A DNA stretch of 17,373 nt from Octopus sinensis. Lineage: Eukaryota. Positions 8,364 through 17,265 of the stretch are shown here, one piece after another. The notes under the pieces are model-generated. The model ran no database searches and was not told the origin of the DNA. It worked only from the letters and a program-made list of their open reading frames with translations. Numbering within the stretch: the stretch's first letter is position 1; each line of letters opens with the position of its first letter. The stretch lies in NCBI RefSeq assembly GCF_006345805.1, contig NW_021824811.1:1-17373 (forward strand). Reading direction: 5' to 3'. The translations under genes and the position numbers were made by a program.

Positions 8364-8644
8364 TGGGTCGTGTTAGACACAGCGCCTTCTGCTGCAAAAG
8401 TGAGTATATCCACTGAGAGCTTCTCGCTGCGTTCAAAAATTACATGACCACCACAGGCTAGGGCCTGAAATACTCCAAAGGGACGCATAGCAGGTTGCTT
8501 AGTCGAATTAGTCCATCATTTACTCCACAAATGTTTTGTTGTCAATGCTGCACTTTCCCATGTCATCTGTTTCAACATAACTGTTATATATTATATACAA
8601 ATTATGCCATTTTAATCCCGAGCAACGCCGGGTATCTCTGCTAG

Positions 8645-8840
8645 TATACACACACACACACACACACACACCACACACACATATATATATATATATACAT
8701 ATATATGTATACACATATACATACACACATACACACACACACACACACACACATACACACACACACATATATATATATAAATATATATGTATACACATAT
8801 ACATACACACATACACACATATATATATAAATATAGATAT
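8645..8840. repeat. Compound (CA)n/(TA)n microsatellite
   Basis: Read directly. Confidence 0.9.
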
Positions 8841-8845
8841 AGTTG

Positions 8846-9000
8846 GAATTTACAAAAACAAACAAAACAAAAGACGAAGACGGATGTGTAAACAACAAAC
8901 AGATATATTAGTTTAATGCTCGGGAAGTGAGAATGTCTTTTACGTTTCGAGCTTATGCTCTTCAACAGAAAGGAACACAGAAATAAACAGAGAGGGAAAA
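8846..9000 (-). mobile_element. Non-coding interspersed repeat with hammerhead-like motif (probable PLE terminal repeat), copy 1
   Basis: Reverse complement aligns with 12641-12793. May extend further right (to ~9120 or through the GT-rich tract), which I cannot confirm. Confidence 0.75.
8937..8972 (-). ncRNA. Atypical minimal hammerhead-like motif
   Basis: CUUU-CUGUUGAA-GAGC(AUAA)GCUC-GAAA-CGU-A-AAAG; the core deviates from CUGANGA. Confidence 0.4.
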
Positions 9001-9119
9001 TAAAAAAAAAAGGTTAGTGGCTGGCGATCAATCATGGCGAATGCCAGACAGAGGTGGTCAGCCAGGAGAGCGAGGAAGAAGGGGAGATAATAAACTAGTA
9101 GTTATCCCAAAACGAAGGT

Positions 9120-9480
9120 GCATGTCCGTGTGTATGTGAGGCCGTGTATGTGAGGGCGTGTATGTGCGTGTAGATAGGGGCTGATGACCCTGACGTGTGC
9201 ATGTGTGCATGTGTAGGTGTGTGGATGATGGCATGGGTGCTGGGAAGTCGTCAATGCTAGTGTGTGCGGGGTGGTGTGATGTGATGTGTTGTGGTATGGT
9301 GGTGTGTGGTTTGGTGGTGTGGGGGTTGGGTTAGGGTGAGGTATGGTGGGGGTAGGGGTAGGGTATGTAGGAGTGGGTGGGGTATATATATATATACATA
9401 CATAGTTAATATATACACACATATTCGTACAACACCTTATACATACATACATACATACATACACTTGCTTCCATACATTC
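9120..9480. repeat. GT/GGT-rich low-complexity tract followed by (TA)/(CATA)n
   Basis: Read directly. Confidence 0.8.
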
Positions 9481-9612
9481 ATACATAAGCTTATGCCATA
9501 TGCCCGTAAATAATGTAAATAATATACGTAATTCCTGATCTCTTAAATATAGAACTGTAAACAATATACATATACTCATATTCTGAGTTCTATTTTTCGT
9601 GTTTGTATTAAC

Positions 9613-9613
<1 letters not shown>

Positions 9614-9685
<72 letters not shown>

Positions 9686-9692
9686 CTATCTA

Positions 9693-9728
<36 letters not shown>

Positions 9729-9770
9729 TCTGTCTGTCTGTCTGTCTGTCTGTCTATTTATATATATATA
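9614..9770. repeat. (CTAT)n/(CTGT)n microsatellite
   Basis: Read directly. Confidence 0.95.
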
Positions 9771-9816
9771 GTGAGGGCGCGTGGCTTAGTGGTTAGGGAG
9801 TTGCGGTCACGATCGT
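9771..9816 (+). mobile_element. SINE family C 5' head fragment
   Basis: GTGAGGGCGCGTGGCTTAGTGGTTAGGG contains an A-box (TGGCTTAGTGG) and matches the head at 3032-3019 (minus); no B-box follows. Confidence 0.7.
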
Positions 9817-10146
9817 ATTGTTGGGCAATCTGAGGCTGGTCTTAGCCAGCGAAAAATTGCCGAAAGTCTTCAAATTCCTCTTGCTACTGTTAACAGAATT
9901 ATAGTGCAATTCAAAAGCCAAGGAAAAAAGTCAACAGATTCTCGTCCCGGCCGACCTGGACCCTTGGAAAAGAAGCTTCGCTGTTTGAAGTGAATTGTTG
10001 AAAACGAACCCCGTTCGAAGTCTTCTGACATTGCAAAACAGCTAAAGGTTAGTCCAAGAACGTGTGTTATATATTTACATAAGCTTGGGTATTATAGACG
10101 AGCAGCTAGTAGAAAACCTCTCCTTCAACCAATTAATATCAAATAA
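9814..10146 (+). pseudogene. Tc1-family transposase N-terminal (HTH) fragment
   Basis: [30 protein letters not shown]...SRPGRPGP...*IVENEPR..SDIAKQLKVSPRT...LHKLGYYRRAASRKPLL: paired-like HTH, GRP linker and RKPLL motif; internal TGA at 9991. No TIRs seen. Confidence 0.88.
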
Positions 10147-10279
10147 AAGGTTTTGAAAATTAAAGATGTCTATTTATTCCTGCATGTCTGTGTATATATA
10201 TCGTCATTAGTTCATATATCTGTAAAAGAAGCACACTCGACAGCATTAGAGCAATAATATACATTTTAGGAAGTTAAAT

Positions 10280-10742
10280 ACGACCATTAGTTCCGCGCTT
10301 AGAAGCATAGATGATTCGTCAGACTCAAATGGTCGAAGGCGCATAACCTCTCTACAACTGGAGAAAGAAATACTTCATGATCAGTTAGTCTTGTAAACAA
10401 AAAAAATATTTATCAGTACATGAGTGCAGCAGGTGAGATGTGGCTATCCGCCTTACATCGGCTCCGGCTGTGGTGATACATTCGAAAATGCTGTAGCAGG
10501 CCTATTCAATAAATGGGGGATTTCCATGCTTGTAGTAGGAAACGTTTTACATGAGGTCATTGACTAAAAACTTTTTTCTTGGAGTTTAGAAACTTCCCCG
10601 AGTCGAGCGAGTTTTTTTAAGGCTTCTTGCGCTCTCTTCCAAGCAAAGCATACATCGTTTACTCTCACTTACATAAGTCCCCGGTTGTTCAAGAAGCTTC
10701 CATTTAATCATGTATGGCGCTTAAAAGGAGAAGGAACCTATT
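10280..10742 (-). mobile_element. 5'-truncated Penelope-like element PLE-3 (endonuclease C-terminus plus 3' UTR) between 27-bp direct repeats
   Basis: Minus 10717-10547 reads PYMIKWKLLEQPGTYVSESKRCMLCLEE...KFLVND, homologous to the PLE-1 C-terminus. Direct repeats at 10253-10279 and 10743-10769 (24/27 identical). Confidence 0.72.
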
Positions 10743-11017
10743 AATAATATATCTATTAGGAAGTTAAATGTAATCGCGTTTGTGGGAGTGTGTATGTTTG
10801 ATTGTTCTGATAATAATGAATGCACAAAACTTACTTTTGAAATCATATTGATTCTGTACCGAGTAAAGGAGTCGTAAAAGAAAAAAGATCAATGCTATAC
10901 CGTACGTATTTCATACATGCAATTAATAAAGGAAAAAACCCAGAAGATTTATTTTTAAAGGGAGGTTACTTTAACGATATTTTTTATTTTTTGATTACAT
11001 ACTTTTGATTACATATA

Positions 11018-11188
11018 GGCGTAGGAGTGGCTGTGTGGTAACTAGCTTGCTAACCAACCACATGGTCCCGGGTTCAGTCCCACTGCGTGGCATCTTGGGC
11101 AAGTGTCTTCTGCTATAGCCCCGGGCCGACCAATGCCTTGTGAGTGGATTTGGTAGACGGAAACTGAAAGAAGCCTGTCGTATATATG

Positions 11189-11219
<31 letters not shown>

Positions 11220-11438
11220 TTGTGTGTCTGCTGTGTTTGTCCCCCTAGCATTGCTTGACAACCGATGCTGGTGTGTTTACGTCCCCGTCACTTAGCGGTT
11301 CGGCAAAAGAGACCGATAGAATAAGTACTGGGCTTACAAAGAATAAGTCCCGGGGTCGATTTTCTCGACTAAAGGCGGTGCTCCAGCATGGCCGCAGTTA
11401 AAATGACTGAAACAAGTAAAAGAGTAAAAGAGAGAGTA
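11018..11438 (+). mobile_element. Full-length tRNA-derived SINE family A
   Basis: A-box-like TGGCTGTGTGGTAA, B-box-like GGTTCAGTCCC, internal (TA)n(TG)n, tail AAAAGAGT repeats; three other copies in the window. Confidence 0.93.
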
Positions 11439-11755
11439 TACTCACATTACAACATGACGTTTCGACGTTTCGACGTTTCATAGTTCATACGATAAATTTA
11501 TTAATTAAATATCCGTCGTAATTCGTAATTTTGAACTCACTAGTTATTAAGTGTTGTGAGTGGTGATAGATAGAACATTGTGAAGAGAGAAACAATATTT
11601 TAATAATTATCAACACTTCTATCTTAGAGAGAGACTTTATCTTGTTGGTCGTCTTTGAAAAAAGAATAACCAAAATGCTCTCAAATCCATTCCTTATTGA
11701 GTTCTTTATTCAACGAAACAGCACGCAGTCTTGTCTATCTTATTTTGATATATAG

Positions 11756-12145
11756 CGTGGAGGCGCAATGGCCCAGTGATTAGAGCAGCGGACTCGCGGT
11801 CATAGGATCGCGGTTTCGATTCCCAGACCGGGCGTTGTGAGTGTTTATTGAGCGAAAACACCTAAAAGCTCCACGAGGCTCCGGCAGGGGATGGTGGTGA
11901 TCCCTGCTGTACTCTTTCATCACAACTTTCTCTCACTCTTACTTCCTGTTTCTGTTGTACCTGTATTTCTAAGGGCCGGCCTTGTCACTCTCTGTGTCAC
12001 GCTGAATATCCCCGAGAACTACGTTAAGGGTACACGTGTCTGTGGAGTGCTCAGCCACTTACACGTTAATTTCACGAGCAGGCTGTTCCGTTGATTCGGA
12101 TCAACCGGAACCCTCATCATCGTAACCGACGGAGTGCTTCCATCG
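11756..12145 (+). mobile_element. Full-length tRNA-derived SINE family D with 14-bp TSD
   Basis: A-box TGGCCCAGTGATT, B-box GGTTTCGATTCCC; ATTTTGATATATAG at 11742-11755 and 12146-12159. Confidence 0.92.
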
Positions 12146-12640
12146 ATTTTGATATATAGTCTTAATTCATAGTTTCAAGTACAGGTTAAAATTAAACTGA
12201 TGTATTTAGCTGCAGATTGCCTATGCTTAAAGAGAGGTAGTTTTTTTTTAATTTACTGACATTTCAACTTAATATTAACACCTCATCTATTACGTTTTCG
12301 TCTCGGTTGGTTTAATTATCTTACACTTGTCCTCCAGCTTAGAGAAGGTTCTGGTAGTTCTTTATGCTTCTTTATTATTTGTTTTACTAAATACATCCAA
12401 TTACAAGAAACATATATGTGTCCTCGCTATGTTTTTAATTTTCATACATCTGTATAGATTTATCTTTAAGTCAGACTACATAACATATCAATTCATAATG
12501 CTATCAGCGCTTCGGTCATTGAACTCTTTGGCAGAAATCTACAAAAAGGAAATATATCCTCGCACTTTAAGAGATATTTATAATTTACAGGTCCAAGCAT
12601 GCTTTTACATACATGATAGATTGGTAGCCACTACACATAT

Positions 12641-12793
12641 TTTTTCTCTCCTTGTTTCTTTCTGTGTTCCTTTCTGTAGAAGAGCGTAGGCTCGAAACGT
12701 AAAAGACTTTTTCAATTCCTGAGCGTTATACTAATACATCTGTTTGTTTTCTACACCACCTGTCTTCGTCTCTTGTGTATTTTTCATGAATTC
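12641..12793 (+). mobile_element. Non-coding interspersed repeat with hammerhead-like motif (probable PLE terminal repeat), copy 2
   Basis: Aligns with the reverse complement of 8846-9000; ends in (CT)n(AT)n. Confidence 0.75.
12670..12705 (+). ncRNA. Atypical minimal hammerhead-like motif
   Basis: CUUU-CUGUAGAA-GAGC(GUAG)GCUC-GAAA-CGU-A-AAAG. Confidence 0.4.
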
Positions 12794-12831
12794 TCTCTCT
12801 ATATATATGTATATATATATATATATATATA

Positions 12832-12872
<41 letters not shown>

Positions 12873-12880
12873 GAGAGAGA
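12794..12880. repeat. (CT)(TA)n(TG)n(TA)(GA) compound microsatellite
   Basis: Read directly. Confidence 0.9.
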
Positions 12881-13120
12881 TGGTGGCAGTGGTGGATGGT
12901 GGGGAGGGTAGCAGTCGATCTTCTGATCAAAAAGATAAGGAAACAATGCTTACATCATTGTTTTTCAAATTGCTTATTTTACCTGGCGGTCGCAAATAGT
13001 GACTGCGGTATCACCGTATATCCGTTACGTGGTGAGCTTCGAACTTAGAATGCATAAATCTAGAAAGATACCACAAGTTATCCCGTGCGACTGCTTCATA
13101 GTTCAGCTCATAGATAGATA

Positions 13121-13328
13121 GATATGTTTCTTTATTAGCCACACAGGGCTGCACACAAACAGGACAAATTACAAGGTAGAGCTTTTCTTTTGGGGGTAAA
13201 AAAAGGGGGTTTGGTTTTCGATCAAAAGGGATCGTAAAGGGAAAGAAAGAGGACAAAAAAGGGAGGAATAAAATAGGGGGGGAGGAAAAAAAGATAGATA
13301 GATAGATAGATAGGTAGATAGATAGATA

Positions 13329-13411
<83 letters not shown>

Positions 13412-13574
13412 TGTTTCTTTATTAGCCACACAGGGCTGCACACAGACGGGACAGATTACAAAGTCGAGCTTTTCTTTTTGGGGAGAAAAAAAAGTGGGGT
13501 AGATTTTCGATCAAAAGGGATCGTAAAAGGGGAAGAAAAAAAGAAAAAGAAAAAAAGAAAAAAGGAAGAAAAAA
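13121..13574 (-). repeat. Two diverged ~170-bp units separated by (GATA)n; probable retroelement 3' ends with (TATC)n tails
   Basis: Units 13121-13292 and 13408-13574 share GATATGTTTCTTTATTAGCCACACAGGGCTGCACACA...TTTTCGATCAAAAGGGATCGTAAA. Their left ends match the SINE B tail. Confidence 0.8.
13293..13410. repeat. (GATA)n
   Basis: Read directly. Confidence 0.95.
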
Positions 13575-13621
13575 GATAGATAGATAGATGATGGATGGAT
13601 GGATGGATGGATGGATGGATG

Positions 13622-13686
<65 letters not shown>

Positions 13687-13750
13687 GTAGATAGATAGAT
13701 GATGGATGGATGGATGGATGGATGGATGGATGGATGGATGGATGGATAGG
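13575..13750. repeat. (GATA)n/(GATG)n alternating blocks
   Basis: Read directly. Confidence 0.95.
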
Positions 13751-13799
13751 TATTTTGGTAGGTAGATAAATCGATAGATATGTCTATAGGTAAAACGAA

Positions 13800-14960
13800 A
13801 GATAGATCGACGGATGGATGGATGTGAGACGGAAAAAGGAAACGCTGAGAAAAGAGGAAACGAAGGTTGGAAGAAGATGGAAAGGAAAAGAGGAGAATAT
13901 GACGGAGTGAAAGTGAGGAAAGAAAGATGGGAGAGAGAGAAGAGACGGTGGATTGTTGGAGGGGACAGAAGGGAGAGAGAGAAGAAAGGAGTCAAAGACG
14001 GAGGAGTAGAGGGAGAGAGAGTGGGAGGGAGAGAAAGGTGAAAGAGACAGGGAAAGAAAGACAGACAGAGACAGAGAAAGAGAGAGGAGAAAGGGAAAGG
14101 GGCAAGAGAGACAGACAGAAACAGAGAAAGAGAGAGAGAGAAAGAGAGAGAGAGAAAAGAGAGAGAGGGGGGAGAAAGCGAGAGAGACATTGTCGGTGTG
14201 TGAGAGAGACAGAGACACAGAGCGAGACTGAAAGGGAGAGAAAGAGGGAGAGAGAGACAGGGGGGGCACTGTCGGTGTGTGAGAGATGAGGGAAAGAAGA
14301 AAGAGAAAGACAGACAGGAAAGGAGAGAGAGAAAGAGAAAGAGAGAGGAGAAAGGGAGAGGGGCAAGAGAGACAGACAGAAAGAGAGAAAGAGAGAGAGA
14401 GAGAAAGAGAGGGGAGAAAGAGACGAAGAGAGAGAGAGAGAAAGAAAGCGTGAGAGACATTGTCGGTGTGTGAGAGAAGAGGGACAGGAGAGAGAGAGAC
14501 AGAGACACAGAGCGAGACTGAAGGGGAGAGAAAGAGATAGAGAGAGAGAGGGGGCATTGTCGGTGTGTGAGAGATGAGGGATAGAAGAAAGAAAAAGACA
14601 GACAGGAAAGGAGAGAGAGAGAGAGAGAAAAAGAGAGAGAGAAAGAGAAAGAGAGAGAGAGAGAGGGAGATTGTATGTGTGGGGGGTGTATGTCTGTGTG
14701 TATGTGTGTGTATGTATGCAAAAATGTAGAGAAGAGTGTGAAAGAAGGATTGCTATAGAGCAGATAGACAGAGGAAAAAGAGAGTAAGATGGAGAGAGTG
14801 AGCGAAGAAAAGAGAGCTCTTACCATTGAAGAAGAATAGAAGGGGGAGAGAATTAATAGATACATCAAGGTGGGAGGGGGGAAGAGTCAGAAGAAGAAAG
14901 AAAAGGACGAAACGACGAAAGGAAAGTGAGAGAAAGGGAAAGAGATTTGAATAGTAGAAA
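13800..14960. repeat. Polypurine (GA-rich) low-complexity tract containing a ~270-290-bp higher-order repeat
   Basis: CA(T/C)TGTCGGTGTGTGAGAGA at 14188, 14267, 14458 and 14555; AGAGACACAGAGCGAGACTGAA occurs twice. Confidence 0.85.
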
Positions 14961-14989
14961 TGTCCGTAGAAGTACCAGGGACTATGGAT

Positions 14990-15700
14990 ATATGTATATG
15001 TATATGTATGTGTGTGCATGTATGTATGTATGTATGCATGTATGCATGTATGTATGTATGTATGTATGCATGTATGCATGTATGTATGTATGTATGTATG
15101 TATGTATGTATGCATGTAGGATGATGTATGCATGTATGCATGTATGTATGTATGTATGTATGTATGATGTATTATGTATGTGCATGTATGTATGTATGTA
15201 TTGTATGTATGTATGCATGTATGTATGTATGTATGCATGTATGCATGTATGTATGTATGTATGTATGTATGTATGCATGTATGCATGTATGCATGTATGT
15301 ATGGTATGCATGTATGTATGTATGTATATATGATGCAATGTATGTATGTATGTATGTATATATGATGTATGTATGTATTTATGGTATTTATATGTATGTA
15401 TGTATTATGTATGTATGTATGTGTGTGTGATGTATGTATGTATGTATTATGTATGTATGTATGTATGTATTGCATGCATGCATGCATGTGTGTATGTATG
15501 TATGTATGTATTGTATGTATGCATGTATGTATGTATGCATGTATGCATGTATGTATGTATGGTATATGATGCATGTATGTATGTATGTATGTATATATGA
15601 TGCATGTATGTATGTATGTATGTATGCATGCATGCATGCATGTGTGTATGTATGTATGTATGTATATATGATGCATGTATGATGTATGTATGTATGCATG
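14990..15700. repeat. Long degenerate (TGTA/TGCA)n tract
   Basis: Read directly; source of many spurious HTYI/MYVC ORFs. Confidence 0.95.
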
Positions 15701-15772
15701 CTTAGATACATTCATATTTACATATACATACATTGTAATACATACATACATACACACATCTCTCTCTCTCTC

Positions 15773-15813
<41 letters not shown>

Positions 15814-15837
15814 AACACATACATACATATATCCATG

Positions 15838-15869
<32 letters not shown>

Positions 15870-15882
15870 ACACACACACATA

Positions 15883-15920
<38 letters not shown>

Positions 15921-15975
15921 AACGTACACGCACATACATATATTTGTGTGTGTGTCTACGTGTGTTGTGTTGTGT
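15700..15975. repeat. Mixed (CATA)/(CT)/(TA)/(CA)/(TG) microsatellites
   Basis: Read directly. Confidence 0.9.
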
Positions 15976-16019
15976 ACATAACACATTCCAGAAACACGGA
16001 GATAGGGGATAGAGTTGAA

Positions 16020-16565
16020 AAGAGTTAAGAAGAAAGACAAGCGAGAAGGAAGAATCTAAGTAGCAGAGAGAGAGAGAAGAGAGGAAGGAAAGAGAGAGAA
16101 AGGAGAGGAGGAAGACAGAGAGAGAAGGAAAGAAAGACAGTCAAGGGAGAGAAAGATGGAGAGGAAGAGAGAGAGAACGAGAGAGGGGAGAGGAAGCGAG
16201 GAGAAGGAAGAAAGAGAGAGAGAGGAGAGGAAAAGAGGAAGGGAGAAAGAGGGAGAGAGAGAAGAAAGAGAGACAGAGCGAGAGGGGAGAGGAAGAGAGA
16301 GAAGGAGGTCCGAGAAGGAAGAGAGAGAGAGAGGGAGAGGAAGAGCGAGAAGGGAGAAAGAGGGAGAGAGAGAAAGAGCGACAGAGAGAGAGGGAGGGGA
16401 GAGGAAGAAAGAGAGGGAGTGGAAGAGCGAGAGAGAGAATGAAGAGCGAGTGAGAGAGAGGGAAAGGATGAACGTGGGAGAGAGAGAGAGAGAAGGAAGA
16501 AAGAGAGAGAGAGAGGGTGCCAGGTATAAGACGGAACGAGTAGTGAAAGAAAGAAAGAAGATACA
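16020..16565. repeat. Polypurine (GA-rich) low-complexity tract
   Basis: Read directly. Confidence 0.9.
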
Positions 16566-16641
16566 AAATTAACCATGTAACCGTTATTCTTTATTCCACC
16601 CAGATTTGCTAGATTTCTCTCATTACATATACTGTAATATT

Positions 16642-16660
16642 AAAAAAAAAAAAAAAAAAA
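16642..16660. repeat. Poly(A)19
   Basis: Read directly; no recognisable retro-insert or TSD attached. Confidence 0.9.
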
Positions 16661-16864
16661 GTAGGCTTACTGCCTGCCTTGTGTTAAAATGAACAACATG
16701 GATAATACATCGAGCAGAAACATTGCGAATAATGATAATTTTCCCCACTTGGAAACAAATTTCTTTTCTTCAGGAATCCTACCTAAATTTTCCTCCTATA
16801 TTTCTGAAGTGGGACTTTCAGACGTTGTAGACAAATATAGCAACTACACACGTCGGAAAAACAG

Positions 16865-17265
16865 ACGGGCGCGTGCGCGTGTGCTTGTGCGTAGGTATTC
16901 GAATACATACAAGGAAAATGCACGCACGCACGCACGCACGCACGCATATGCATATAGCTACATTAGCATACATACGTACGTACACGCATACATACTATAA
17001 ATACATGTAGACGCATACGCATACGCACATGTATGTATACATGCATGTTAACAGACATGCATGGAGGAATGGTGTACACATAAGCATACATATCGATACA
17101 TTCACACAGATACATACACACACACAGAGACACACATATATGTATTCGTGTATGTATGTATACGTAATGAATAAACACACACACACACACATATACACAC
17201 CTACACGCAGACAAACACGCACAGACGTACACACACGCACGCACGCAAACATATATATCTACGTT
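16865..17265. repeat. Degenerate (CGCA)/(CATA)/(CA) tract
   Basis: Read directly. Confidence 0.8.

Larger units (their letters stand above)
6654..8644 (+). mobile_element. Internally deleted Helitron with both termini
   Basis: 5' A|TCTTAATATATAAAA followed by CTGTCTGTCT; 3' hairpin CCCG-AGCAACGC-CGGG (8617-8632) then CTAG|T (8641-8645); A|T insertion site; internal RepHel homology. Confidence 0.85.

Noticed and set aside
9180-9200. CTGATGA hammerhead-core match
   Set aside because: No stem II or downstream GAAA...UH.
10989-11015. 13-bp tandem duplication TTTTGATTACATA before SINE A as a possible TSD
   Set aside because: Both copies lie on the same side of the SINE; no matching copy after its tail.
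11456-11479. GACGTTTC x3 (GAAACGUC on the minus strand), like a hammerhead stem III and cleavage site
   Set aside because: No CUGANGA or stem II upstream; best treated as a short tandem duplication, at most a terminal scrap of a PLE repeat.
11756-11835. tRNA-like heads here and at 11018, 1742 (minus), 3032 (minus) and 9771
   Set aside because: No complete cloverleaf or terminator, and they continue into SINE bodies; they are SINE heads, not tRNA genes.
12327-12689. 120-aa hydrophobic ORF
   Set aside because: Non-ATG start, AT-rich composition, no recognisable motif, and it runs into a non-coding repeat.
13456-16576. Long ORFs (470, 374, 257, 183 aa and others)
   Set aside because: They are translations of (TC)n, (TATC)n and (CATA)n repeats, which lack stop codons by composition; no domain-like sequence.
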